The notes beneath the pieces were generated by a model. That model was not told the origin of the DNA and made no database searches. It saw only the letters and a program-made list of their open reading frames with translations. From contig JBLWTJ010000001.1 of the NCBI GenBank assembly GCA_048270185.1, positions 960,001 through 1,024,000 of the forward strand: a stretch of 64,000 nt of DNA, given 5' to 3'. Of the stretch, positions 29,762 to 39,747 are shown in pieces. Position numbers and translations under genes: made by a program. Origin of the DNA: Bacteriovoracaceae bacterium (GTDB lineage: Bacteria; Bdellovibrionota; Bacteriovoracia; Bacteriovoracales; Bacteriovoracaceae). The stretch's first letter is position 1; the number at the start of each line of letters is the position of its first letter.

Positions 29762-30172
29762 TTACTTCATTAGGTCGTAAACTTCTTCTTCCATTTCTGT
29801 TACACAATCAGAAACCGCTTCATAAAAGTCCCAATTTAACTCTCCTGGGCCTTCAATCATCTTACTATATTGAGTAAAGCCTTTGATCACACATGAACTA
29901 GGATAATAAGTTTTAACTTCGTCTGCATCATAACCATTTGGCCAGCTATAATCGATAAGATAAGCAACGAAGACACATGAGTTAGTTGCATCACTACATT
30001 TTAAGGACTCAAATGAGAAATTAAAATCACCTTCACACCAAGTATCACCACAAATATTGTCAATTTGAGTTAATACTTCTGCCTCTTGGTCAAAAGATAG
30101 AGTATTCACATTGTCTGATGCAGCTGCTGCTGAAGTTACAAGCATAAGTGTAAGTAGAATAATTTTCTTCAC
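29762..30172 (-). CDS. hypothetical secreted Cys-rich protein
   Basis: Signal peptide; IDNICGDTWCEGD motif. Confidence 0.75.
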   Translation of the reverse strand: MKKIILLTLMLVTSAAAASDNVNTLSFDQEAEVLTQIDNICGDTWCEGDFNFSFESLKCSDATNSCVFVAYLIDYSWPNGYDADEVKTYYPSSCVIKGFTQYSKMIEGPGELNWDFYEAVSDCVTEMEEEVYDLMK

Positions 30173-30272
30173 GAGTCTCTCCCATAAGTTTGATTTAGGC
30201 GCACTATAGGAAAGACAGATGAGTCTGTAAATTTGATTAATAATATTTACACGATATAAAAATTAGATAAGC

Positions 30273-31757
30273 TTAATAATATAATGCACTTTCAAGCATT
30301 TCCATCCCACGAGCAAGTTTTCCCGCTTCAAATGAGTCCCTTTCATTACGGCCAGAAATATCGTAGAGATCTTCAGATGTTATTTTTCTCTTAAGAGCGA
30401 AGTATGCTTTAGTTTTATTCTTTTCAAAAAGCGCTGTCATAAGGGCCTTTACATATTCTTTATTAACTTCAGCTATGAAGTCATTTGTCGGTTGATAGCG
30501 CTTGATATCTTTTAAAAGCTCTTTTGTATCACTAGAGTTTGAAATTACATATCCTCGGTTTTTGAGTTGTCTTAGAAACTCTCCTTGTACTCCTTCTCCA
30601 CGAGGAGAAAGTCCGATGAAAATTGACTCTAAGTTTTCCTTGTCGATTTTTATTCGTTCTAAGTTTCCATAAATAAAAGACTCTGCAGCAATAAGATTTG
30701 AGTCGCGTGAAAGCCTTGCTAGATCCCTAATATACTTCGGATCCATATTATCTTCGTAATTACCACGACAGATATTACACGCACTCTGCTTACCTTTACT
30801 GTCATCCATAAAGCAGCAAGTTTCACAGGCATAGCTCATATCCAGTCCAGTCTGATGGGTGTAACCAAAATTATGGATCATTTCGTGAAAGATAATTCCT
30901 TCAAGCTCATCTTTGGGTGGCCCATCTTTTACAACACCAAAGAAATTAGTCTTCATTTTAGGATTTAGTGAAACAAATGGGTGTTCAACATTAAGCCCAC
31001 TCGCTTTTGTCTGAGCTATACTAGCATGGGCAATTTCACCACTGCCCCAATCGGCTTTCTTCTCATGACAAATAACTGAGATTGGTTTTACCTTGCCCGA
31101 AAGTTGAATATTAAATTGATTAATAAGATTTGATATCTCGCCCTTAATACTATCCTTAGGATTTTGGCGGGCCAGATCAGTTAAACAACTTAATCCCTTA
31201 TCCATTGCATTCTTAAACATCTTAACAAAAGTCTTTTCACCAAAATTTTTAAAGCATGATTTATGGACCTGTAGGCCCTGGGCCATTGGAGAAAAATCAT
31301 TATTGAACTTAGCAACAACAGGTCGCAGTTTTTCAACAAAATCATCGATATTATTTAAGTTATCGAGGTATTGGCCATAATTACAAGAGTTCTCAGGGCC
31401 AAGTCCGTATTGAATATTGCTATATCTTTGTTCAAAGGCCAATTTTCTTTTGCCGTTACTCAGACGAAAAATTCTTAGAGTTGAACTTCCCCCTTCATTT
31501 GAAATCTCTTCAAGTCGATCAAATTTATGGTCAAAATCTTCATCGACCTTGATTGTCGTAGCCTTTCCAATTACTTTTAAATGATAATCGAAGTGCCCAT
31601 CATAATTTCGGTCATTTCGGTGTTCAATTAGATGCCCATCTTGATAAGTGAATATATTATCAACTTTACCATCTTTGTTATCATCAAACTCAAAGACTTC
31701 ATTTGAGGCCAGGGCCATTGAACTAAGTAAATATAAAGATAACAGTATCTTAAGCAT
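30273..31757 (-). CDS. secreted zinc metalloprotease-like protein with N-terminal DxNxDG repeats
   Basis: HEMIHNFGYTH (HExxHxxGxxH); DDNKDG, DRNYDG, DEDFDH Ca-binding-like repeats; signal peptide. Confidence 0.65.
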   Translation of the reverse strand: MLKILLSLYLLSSMALASNEVFEFDDNKDGKVDNIFTYQDGHLIEHRNDRNYDGHFDYHLKVIGKATTIKVDEDFDHKFDRLEEISNEGGSSTLRIFRLSNGKRKLAFEQRYSNIQYGLGPENSCNYGQYLDNLNNIDDFVEKLRPVVAKFNNDFSPMAQGLQVHKSCFKNFGEKTFVKMFKNAMDKGLSCLTDLARQNPKDSIKGEISNLINQFNIQLSGKVKPISVICHEKKADWGSGEIAHASIAQTKASGLNVEHPFVSLNPKMKTNFFGVVKDGPPKDELEGIIFHEMIHNFGYTHQTGLDMSYACETCCFMDDSKGKQSACNICRGNYEDNMDPKYIRDLARLSRDSNLIAAESFIYGNLERIKIDKENLESIFIGLSPRGEGVQGEFLRQLKNRGYVISNSSDTKELLKDIKRYQPTNDFIAEVNKEYVKALMTALFEKNKTKAYFALKRKITSEDLYDISGRNERDSFEAGKLARGMEMLESALYY

Positions 31758-31900
31758 ACTAACTTATCGGAAAAACTCACTATTTATAAAGGGATTCTTT
31801 GGTAAATCAATATGAATTACCTACGATAACTATTGAAAATTACGGTATGTAGAGTTCATGAATGAAAGTGGCGTTGGTACATTTAGAGAGAATCGAATAA

Positions 31901-31927
31901 AGCTTACCCAGTTTTCCCGAGTAAGCT
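31901..31927 (-). terminator. intrinsic terminator
   Basis: AGCTTAC/GTAAGCT stem followed by TTATT on the minus strand. Confidence 0.55.
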
Positions 31928-31936
31928 CAATATTTA

Positions 31937-32278
31937 TCACCAAGTGTTGTAACAACGCTGACGAGAAAGTCTCTTTTGCGTTTGATTGTAGTAAATTGTA
32001 CAGCTGTGATACTCATAGTGAAGCATCAGCTTAATGTGGTGATCTTCTTCCTCTCCTACTGGCCAGAAATTTGGCGCATGTGAAACCTGAAGATCCCAAA
32101 GATTATCAGCAGTACAAAATGCTAGTGCTGAATCATAGTGAAGCATATCAGCAGTAAACTCAATGGCCTCAACTTTCGCTTCGTCGTTTTCAAATCTTAG
32201 ACACTCATTAGATCCATTAAGGGCAAATGCACTTGCGCTTAGGAAGAGAGCGACAATTAATAGTGTTGCGTGTTTCAT
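31937..32278 (-). CDS. hypothetical secreted protein (4 Cys)
   Basis: Signal peptide, GAGGAG RBS. Confidence 0.75.
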   Translation of the reverse strand: MKHATLLIVALFLSASAFALNGSNECLRFENDEAKVEAIEFTADMLHYDSALAFCTADNLWDLQVSHAPNFWPVGEEEDHHIKLMLHYEYHSCTIYYNQTQKRLSRQRCYNTW

Positions 32279-32475
32279 TCTATCTCCTCATCAACTTAGA
32301 ACAAGACAGTTCTACTTACCAAACTCTAGTTTGACAAAACCTACCGCGTTAAAAAAGTCCCCAATAATAAAACATAAGGTACTGAAACTATTGATTTAGA
32401 TAAAAGATTTCTAAAAGTAGTGATCCATTACTGATCTTGGGACGTATTCATGAATATAAAACAAGTGAGGTAAAT

Positions 32476-33840
32476 GTGAATATCTTAGTGACTGGAGCGA
32501 CAGGACTAATTGGAAAAAAACTAGTGTACGAACTCGTACTAGCTGGTCATGAAAATATTCGAATCCTTACAAGAGATGTAGAAAAGGCCCGTGAAGAACT
32601 GCCTTTACCTCTAAGATTCCATGTATGGAATCCATCACAGATGACGATAGATGAAGATGCCCTCAAAGAGGTTGATATTATTTATCATCTAGCAGGTGAA
32701 AATATTGCAAGTGCAAGATGGAGCAAGAAACAAAAAGAAAAAATTCTTAACTCGAGAAAGAACTCAACTCGACTGCTTGTGGATACAATCAACCGCCTCG
32801 ATATTAAAGTACAAAAATTTATTAGCGCAAGTGCTATAGGAATCTATGGTAATACAGGAAAAGTAATCATTGATGAGGAGTCATCTTATGCTGATGACTT
32901 CCTCGCCAATGTTTGCAAGAGCTGGGAAGAAGAGCTTAAAAACTTAAAAGATAAGAATATAAAAACTTACTTTGTGAGAACAGGAATTGTTCTTGCAAGA
33001 GAGGGCGGGGCCTTAGCGAAGATGCTTCCAGCTTTTAATATGGGAGTAGCAGGAATACTTGGAAGTGGTAAACAGTATATGAGCTGGATTCACATTCAAG
33101 ACTTGACTCGTATCTATCTAAACTTGCTATCAACATCATTAGAATCAGGGCCTATCAATGCTACGGCCCCAAACCCTGTAACAAACAAAGAGTTTACGAA
33201 AAGACTGGGAAGTGCCCTTTCAAGACCAACATTACTTCCAGCGCCAGCCTTTGCACTTAAAATTGCTCTTGGCGAATTATCAACTCTTCTACTAGATGGC
33301 CAACGAGTTATGCCAATGCGTTTAATCGACAGTGGGTTTGAGTTTAAGTATTCAACATTAAAATGTGCTTTTGAAGAACTACTAAATGAAGACAAAATTT
33401 TTGAACAATTACAGTGGATCGACTGGCCTGTAACTCCAGTCTTTGATTTCTTTAGTGATGAAAAGAACCTGGAGAATATCACACCTGATTCATTAAGCTT
33501 TAAAGTTTTAAATAAGAGCACTGAAAATATTGAAAAAGGGACAATCATTAACTATCGCCTAAGTCTCTATGGCCTACCATTTAAGTGGCGTACAGAGATT
33601 TCTGAGTTCAATAGTGGTGAATCATTTAAAGATATTCAATTAAAAGGTCCCTATAAGAAGTGGGAGCATACCCACGGTTTTATCCCCTATCAAAATGGAA
33701 CTCTAATGACTGATCATGTTCGCTATCAAGTACCTCTTGGTTCAATTGGGAGTCTTGTGGCCGGAGCATTTGTCAGACGTGATATCCAGAAAATATTTAA
33801 TTATCGCAAGAAGAGTCTTGCCAATTTTTTTAGTAAGTAA
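32476..33840 (+). CDS. TIGR01777-type NAD-dependent epimerase fused to an SRPBCC domain
   Basis: ILVTGATGLIG, HLAGENIA..RW, SWIHI.D; C-terminal F.D.QLKGPY..W.HTH.F; GTG start after GAGG. Confidence 0.9.
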   Translation: MNILVTGATGLIGKKLVYELVLAGHENIRILTRDVEKAREELPLPLRFHVWNPSQMTIDEDALKEVDIIYHLAGENIASARWSKKQKEKILNSRKNSTRLLVDTINRLDIKVQKFISASAIGIYGNTGKVIIDEESSYADDFLANVCKSWEEELKNLKDKNIKTYFVRTGIVLAREGGALAKMLPAFNMGVAGILGSGKQYMSWIHIQDLTRIYLNLLSTSLESGPINATAPNPVTNKEFTKRLGSALSRPTLLPAPAFALKIALGELSTLLLDGQRVMPMRLIDSGFEFKYSTLKCAFEELLNEDKIFEQLQWIDWPVTPVFDFFSDEKNLENITPDSLSFKVLNKSTENIEKGTIINYRLSLYGLPFKWRTEISEFNSGESFKDIQLKGPYKKWEHTHGFIPYQNGTLMTDHVRYQVPLGSIGSLVAGAFVRRDIQKIFNYRKKSLANFFSK

Positions 33841-33851
33841 AAGGAGAATTA

Positions 33852-34385
33852 ATGAAGAAGTTAATGTTAATGTTCGCTATTCTAACAAGTTCAATCGCTC
33901 TAGCTAGTTCTGATCTTCCACTTGATACTGTCAGCAAAGTTGACTTAAATCGTTACATTGGAAAGTGGTACGAAATTGCTCGCTTTGAGCAAAGCTTCCA
34001 AAAAGGTTGTACAGCAGTCGAGGCCAATTACTCTCTACGAAAAGATGGAGATATTAAAGTAGTAAATAAGTGCCGTCTAAATACTCCAGATGGAGAACTA
34101 AAAGAATCTGAAGCACGAGCATGGGTTAAAGATAAAGAAACGAATGCAAAACTTAAGGTTCAATTCTTCTTAAGAGGAATTAAATTACCAATCTTTGCAG
34201 GAAATTACTGGATTCTTGAACTTGATGATGATTATCAATATGCTCTTGTCGGTGATAAGTCGAGAAAGTATCTGTGGATTCTTTCACGTACAAATACACT
34301 TGATGAAAAAATTTACTTAGAATTAGTTGCAAAGGCCCGCGACTTACACTTTGATGTAAGTAAGCTTATCAAAACAAAACACTAA
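33852..34385 (+). CDS. blc: bacterial lipocalin (Blc-like)
   Basis: VDLNRYIGKWYEIARF, YWIL.LD.DY, YLWILSRT. Confidence 0.92.
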   Translation: MKKLMLMFAILTSSIALASSDLPLDTVSKVDLNRYIGKWYEIARFEQSFQKGCTAVEANYSLRKDGDIKVVNKCRLNTPDGELKESEARAWVKDKETNAKLKVQFFLRGIKLPIFAGNYWILELDDDYQYALVGDKSRKYLWILSRTNTLDEKIYLELVAKARDLHFDVSKLIKTKH

Positions 34386-34398
34386 CAAGGAGCATAGG

Positions 34399-35358
34399 AT
34401 GACAAAGGAAAGGCCCCTCATAGCAATCAGTTCTTGCCTACTTGGTGATAATATCCGTTACAATGGTGGGCATTGCCGTGAAGATTGGGTCTTTCATGAA
34501 TTGTCAAAATATGTCGACTTTCTTCCGATATGCCCCGAGGTCGAAATGGGCCTCGGGGTCCCTCGTGAAGAGATCCATCTCTTTGTGAATGACAGGAATG
34601 ACAAAGAGATAAAAATTCGAAAGAAGTTCTCACAGGATGATCTTACCGACGCTGCCTTAAAAACATATACTAAAATAAGCTCACGACTAAACGATGCTAG
34701 AATTGACGGGCATATATTAACTAGAAAGTCCCCAACATGTGGAACTGACAATGTTAAAACGGTTACATTAAATGATCCAAATTATGTCATTAAATCAACA
34801 GGCCTCTATGCTCAATATCTTTTTGACCACTATGGACAAATCCCCGTCATTGATAGTGGACGAATTAAGAATCTTGAACTTCGAGAAAATTTCATCAAGA
34901 GAATTTTTTCCCATTTTAGATTTATGCAATTAGATAGAAAGATATCGGCACTTCAGAAATTTCATCAACAATACAAGTACTCGATCATGGAGCACGATCA
35001 GAATAGACTACGACGATTAGGGGCCATTGCCGCGAATCATGAAAGATATGAAATCGAAGAAGTCTTTAAAAACTACTATGATCTCTATATGGAGACGATG
35101 GCAATTGTTCCATCGCGAAAGAATCGTCTCAATGCCTGTTATCATGTCTTTGGCTACTTCAAGAATGAGCTTCATAGCAAAGAGAAAGAATCATTATTAA
35201 AGCTAATGGAAGACTACCAAAATGGCATTACTAATTATTTAACAATAAATTCATTTCTAAGTGTACTCTCAAACGCTCACGAGAAAGACTATCTTAAGGG
35301 ACAATACTTATTTGAGCCATATCCAAAAGAATTAAAACTTTTAAAGAATATTGCTTAA
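34399..35358 (+). CDS. DUF523 + DUF1722 (YbgA-like) protein
   Basis: ISSCLLG..IRYNGGH, CPEVEMGLGVPRE, KSPTCG, H.FGYFK, YL..Q....PYP. Confidence 0.9.
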   Translation: MTKERPLIAISSCLLGDNIRYNGGHCREDWVFHELSKYVDFLPICPEVEMGLGVPREEIHLFVNDRNDKEIKIRKKFSQDDLTDAALKTYTKISSRLNDARIDGHILTRKSPTCGTDNVKTVTLNDPNYVIKSTGLYAQYLFDHYGQIPVIDSGRIKNLELRENFIKRIFSHFRFMQLDRKISALQKFHQQYKYSIMEHDQNRLRRLGAIAANHERYEIEEVFKNYYDLYMETMAIVPSRKNRLNACYHVFGYFKNELHSKEKESLLKLMEDYQNGITNYLTINSFLSVLSNAHEKDYLKGQYLFEPYPKELKLLKNIA

Positions 35359-35381
35359 TATGGGTCAAAGATGAGTCAAAG

Positions 35382-36671
35382 ATGAGCAAGAAAGAAGTTA
35401 ATATATTTTGGTTTCGCCGTGATCTTAGATTAAAAGATAATCATGGACTTCTGCAGGCCCTACAGTCTGGTCGGCCAGTCATTCCTATATTCATCTTTGA
35501 TACAACCATACTTGAGAAACTTAAGGATAAGAACGATCTACGCGTTAATTTTATCCATCAAGTAATTAAAGAACTAAAAACTGAATTAAATGAAATTGGA
35601 TCAGATTTACTCACATTCCATGACAAACCTGAAAGCGTCTTTAAAAAACTACTCAAAGACTATGCTATTGAAAGCGTCTTTGCCAACGAGGATTACGAAC
35701 CTCAAGCAATAAAGCGAGACCAGCAAATAGCTAAAATAATAAAACTACAACTTTTTAAGGATCATTGTATCTTTGTCAAAGATGAGATTTTAAAAGATAA
35801 CGGAAAACCTTATATTGTCTATACTCCTTATAAGAATAAGTGGTTGTCGCAACTGGGCCCGAAGGATCTTGCTACATTTAATACAAAGAAATACTTCGAT
35901 ATTTTCAAGAATATAAAACCAACACCACTTCAATCGATTGAAGATCTTGGATTCATCTACAATGAAAAAGTTCAAGGCTTTAAAAAGACCATCAAAGGCA
36001 AAATCATTGATGAGTACGATCGGGTGCGCGACATCCCTTCTTTAGATGCCACATCGAAGTTGGGAATACATCTGCGCTTTGGTACTATCTCTATTAGAAA
36101 ATGTGCACAAATTGGCCATGAAAGAAATGCTACGTGGCTTAGCGAATTAATTTGGCGCGAGTTCTTTATTCAAATCATGTACCACTTCCCTCATGCTATG
36201 AAGGGTGCATTTCGAGAGAAATATGATGCCATTAAATGGGATAATGATAAGAAGCTATTTAAACTTTGGTGCCAGGGCAGAACAGGCTTCCCAATTGTCG
36301 ATGCAGGTATGCGAGAACTAAATGAAACAGGTCATATGCACAATAGAGTGCGAATGATTGCAGCTTCATTTTTAATTAAAGACCTATTAATCGATTGGCG
36401 TTGGGGGGAAGAATACTTTGCACGAAAGCTAAATGACTTTGAACTTGCTTCAAATAATGGAAACTGGCAATGGGTTGCAGGAACTGGCTGCGACGCTGCT
36501 CCTTATTTCAGGATCTTTAACCCTTATACTCAGCAAAAGAAGTTTGATCCTGACTTAGAATATATCAAAAGGTGGATTCCTGAGTTTGGCACACAAGAGT
36601 ATCCAGAGGAGATTGTCGATCATAAGATCGCCTATCATCGAGCGATTAATACGTACAAAGCTGTCGACTAG
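35382..36671 (+). CDS. phr: deoxyribodipyrimidine photolyase (class I)
   Basis: WFRRDLRL.DN, ELIWREF, GRTGFPIVDAGMREL, MHNRVRM, NNGNWQW. Confidence 0.95.
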   Translation: MSKKEVNIFWFRRDLRLKDNHGLLQALQSGRPVIPIFIFDTTILEKLKDKNDLRVNFIHQVIKELKTELNEIGSDLLTFHDKPESVFKKLLKDYAIESVFANEDYEPQAIKRDQQIAKIIKLQLFKDHCIFVKDEILKDNGKPYIVYTPYKNKWLSQLGPKDLATFNTKKYFDIFKNIKPTPLQSIEDLGFIYNEKVQGFKKTIKGKIIDEYDRVRDIPSLDATSKLGIHLRFGTISIRKCAQIGHERNATWLSELIWREFFIQIMYHFPHAMKGAFREKYDAIKWDNDKKLFKLWCQGRTGFPIVDAGMRELNETGHMHNRVRMIAASFLIKDLLIDWRWGEEYFARKLNDFELASNNGNWQWVAGTGCDAAPYFRIFNPYTQQKKFDPDLEYIKRWIPEFGTQEYPEEIVDHKIAYHRAINTYKAVD

Positions 36672-36674
36672 GGT

Positions 36675-38081
36675 TTAGAGGATTATTCGAAATGTTGTAT
36701 TTTCTGCTTCAGGTACAACACAAAGTTTATAACCTGCTTTATCTAGTATTCTCTTACTAATAGCGAGTCCTATTCCGTGACCACCATTTGATAACTTTGT
36801 TGAATAGCCAAATTTAAATAGGTCATTTAAGGCCTTATCTGCGACACCGCTACCACAATCGACAATATCTAAAGTTCTATCCTTAGCGTTGGCCACAACT
36901 TTAACCCAAGGATTTTCGTACTTACCTTCAATAGTAACTTCCTCAAGTGCATTCTTTAGAAGATTTACAATACAAATTGAAATTTCCGTTTGATTGCTGT
37001 TAAAAGAGAAATTATCAATATCAAACTCTAATCTCGTCCCCGCTTCTTCAAACTTATGAATTAATAATTCCTTCACATCCTCAATTACATCTTGAACACA
37101 AACTTCTTGATCTTCAGACATCGTATTATTTTTAAAAAGATGCATATAGAGGTCGGTGATTTCAGTGATCTTATCATTATGCTTTGCAATCAGTTCATAA
37201 CCTGAATTTAAGTTTTTTTCTCTTCCCTTTCTAATTCGATCAATCGCAACCTTTACAACAAAGAGGTGATTCTTGATATCGTGAGCGATACTTGCCGCAG
37301 CAAAGCCAAATTGGGCAACTTTTGAAAGATGCATAACTTCATTTTCCAATTGATAAACCTGCTTCGCTGCTCGATCTCGGTAAAAGAGATTAAATCGAAT
37401 GGCCTCAAAAGCATTGCCAAAGTAATAGAGAGGAAGAATTGCACCAGTAATTTCTAGTCCCAAACAACTGTCATTAATTACTGCCAAAGAAGTTGTGATG
37501 ATCCCAACTCTTAGAAGTGTTTCTTTTCGATTCGTCTTCTTCAGCTCAAGCCATATGACAGCACAAGAATAGAAGACAACGAGAGCACCAATACCTCCCA
37601 ATGCTTTTGCAAAGAGATTTGGTGAAACATGAAAATGCATGGCCTGAGCAAAAAGATCACTTTTAATATAACCATGATTATGAAAGAGAAAATTATAATC
37701 AAAGAAAATACTGCTAAAGGCACAAATGATCTGAATTCCACAGAAAATAAAACAAAAATATTCAGAGAAAACGAGGAACTTTATCTTGCGTCCAAGATAG
37801 CTTTGAACTGTCTTTAAATAACTATAGAAAGAACTATATGCAAAAACCCAGTAAAAGATATAAATATTGTCAGTTATATTTTGGGAAATGAAGTGAGTAT
37901 TAAATCCCATTAGGAAACAATAGGCTGCTGTTGTAAAACACATCACCGCAGGCCATAAAGATGCGCGGTCTCTAAGCTGTATATAGTTCCAAATACTTGA
38001 GAAGAATTGATAAATAAAGAATGAAAAAACGAAGGTCGTTAAATATCTGACAAAGTAAACATACGTTTCTAATTGCACCAA
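36675..38081 (-). CDS. multi-TM sensor histidine kinase
   Basis: About 7 TM segments; AHDIKNHL, NLLKNA, D.GSG, GHGIGL. Confidence 0.88.
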   Translation of the reverse strand: MVQLETYVYFVRYLTTFVFSFFIYQFFSSIWNYIQLRDRASLWPAVMCFTTAAYCFLMGFNTHFISQNITDNIYIFYWVFAYSSFYSYLKTVQSYLGRKIKFLVFSEYFCFIFCGIQIICAFSSIFFDYNFLFHNHGYIKSDLFAQAMHFHVSPNLFAKALGGIGALVVFYSCAVIWLELKKTNRKETLLRVGIITTSLAVINDSCLGLEITGAILPLYYFGNAFEAIRFNLFYRDRAAKQVYQLENEVMHLSKVAQFGFAAASIAHDIKNHLFVVKVAIDRIRKGREKNLNSGYELIAKHNDKITEITDLYMHLFKNNTMSEDQEVCVQDVIEDVKELLIHKFEEAGTRLEFDIDNFSFNSNQTEISICIVNLLKNALEEVTIEGKYENPWVKVVANAKDRTLDIVDCGSGVADKALNDLFKFGYSTKLSNGGHGIGLAISKRILDKAGYKLCVVPEAENTTFRIIL

Positions 38082-38153
38082 TCTCTCCGAGTTATCTAGA
38101 GAAATTCTATCATGTCACACTATAAATATCAGCCATTTATTTAGGTAAAGTTT

Positions 38154-38176
38154 AGAGAAGGCCATTAACCTTCTCT
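38154..38176. terminator. hairpin/terminator
   Basis: AGAGAAGG/CCTTCTCT stem. Confidence 0.5.
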
Positions 38177-38195
38177 ATTTACTTAACTGTCTAAA

Positions 38196-38591
38196 CTAAA
38201 TTCGTGCACACTCACGGATTGTACGTGTCACATCAAAATCTGAGCCATAGTCGTCACTCAGATTGTACTTTACAGTTACTTCATCTGTCTCATACTCATC
38301 AGCCGCAACTTTTGTAATACAGCTTTGAAGCTCAATGCGATCATGTGCTCCACCATAGTAATTACTATTCATTTTTAAAGCAGCTTCTTTTACAAGATCA
38401 CAAACCTCATTTACATTTCCAACATAGCAAAACTTACGCTCTCTCTTTGTATCATTGGCTTTGTAATTGAAACTAGAGTCGCTAAAACCAATAATTGGGC
38501 CAATTTTCGTATCCCCTGTTACGATCATTGTTGAGTTAGCAGCTGTCGAAAATGAGCTAAATAAAACAATAAAGCTTAATAAATTCTTCAT
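38196..38591 (-). CDS. hypothetical secreted protein (4 Cys)
   Basis: Signal peptide; FCYVG....VC. Confidence 0.7.
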   Translation of the reverse strand: MKNLLSFIVLFSSFSTAANSTMIVTGDTKIGPIIGFSDSSFNYKANDTKRERKFCYVGNVNEVCDLVKEAALKMNSNYYGGAHDRIELQSCITKVAADEYETDEVTVKYNLSDDYGSDFDVTRTIRECARI

Positions 38592-38778
38592 ATATAGGGC
38601 CCCCTAAGTTCTAAAATACCTAATTTAATAATTTAAGAAGTGGGCTTCATATCATATTGATATGGTTATTTGAATGAGTAAGTTAAATTTACTTACCTGA
38701 ATAAATGTATAAATTTTATCGACTATCTTCCCCCAATTATCATTAGAGCATATACTGCTTCGATATTAGGGAGAATTC

Positions 38779-39726
38779 ATGAATTTACTAAAGCTATTAG
38801 TGCTACTGGCACTTATATCACCGGCCGCAATGGCAAAAACTCAACGCCTATGGGCATCGATTCCATTTATTCGTGGTGCAGACTTATGTGCTTATAAGCA
38901 AGCCTACTCCCAGACTCGCTCAGAATATATGCGTGAAATGGTGGGCCTCGCTTCCCAGCTTATGCAATCAGGAGCGAAGGGTCGAGAAGCACTTCAAATG
39001 CTTACGACTTTTGATGCCATGTATGACAAAAATATTCGTCTAGCAACTCAACACAAATATCTTGATGTGACATTAGAGAATTCATTAAAAGGTTACTTTG
39101 ATGGATACTATCGTCAATTTCCTGTTGTTAATCGTAATCTTGAGTTCGCACATATGAATAATATTCGCTACATCATGGACTCAGTCTCTAATGGACAAAG
39201 ACCTGGTTGGATACCTACAAATGCTTCAAGTCTTGTAGACTACATGGCCTATGGTTCTTACTCATTTGCGCCAAATTGTAAGGGAAATATTCAAGTGACA
39301 GTAACACTTGTTGGCAGTGACGGATCAGCACAAACATATAATGCCCTAGGTGCTCCTCATGTCGTAATGTCACAAATTGCATCACGTATGTTTGAAGACT
39401 TTCAAAGAACAAAATTTCCTTCAACTCTTAGAGTTGGAAAATACAATATGACAATTGTTGGTGCACTAAATAACTCAATTGGTAAAGCGACTAGTGTAAC
39501 TCAAGCCGAAAGAGCTTGTGACATCATTGATGCTCGACTTCCTAGAGAGTATGAACTTGAAGCAATCGACTCTTATGGAGATTGGAATGGTGGTGTTTCA
39601 ATTGGAAACACTGTCTGGGCCATTGATGGTGGAATGGTTTATCACCCAGGACTCATGAACCCTACTCCTGTTCGCAGGCCATCTCAAGTAAACACAAAAG
39701 TATTCTCATACTACTGTGTAAAATAA
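38779..39726 (+). CDS. secreted protein with C-terminal C-type-lectin/FGE-like motif
   Basis: A..AC....ARLP...EL pattern, terminal YYCV. Confidence 0.55.
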   Translation: MNLLKLLVLLALISPAAMAKTQRLWASIPFIRGADLCAYKQAYSQTRSEYMREMVGLASQLMQSGAKGREALQMLTTFDAMYDKNIRLATQHKYLDVTLENSLKGYFDGYYRQFPVVNRNLEFAHMNNIRYIMDSVSNGQRPGWIPTNASSLVDYMAYGSYSFAPNCKGNIQVTVTLVGSDGSAQTYNALGAPHVVMSQIASRMFEDFQRTKFPSTLRVGKYNMTIVGALNNSIGKATSVTQAERACDIIDARLPREYELEAIDSYGDWNGGVSIGNTVWAIDGGMVYHPGLMNPTPVRRPSQVNTKVFSYYCVK

Positions 39727-39747
39727 ATTTTATGCTATAATACCCTC

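Noticed and set aside
32013..32150. Short direct repeat TCATAGTGAAGCAT
   Set aside because: Only two copies, encoding a repeated MLHY in one ORF; not an array
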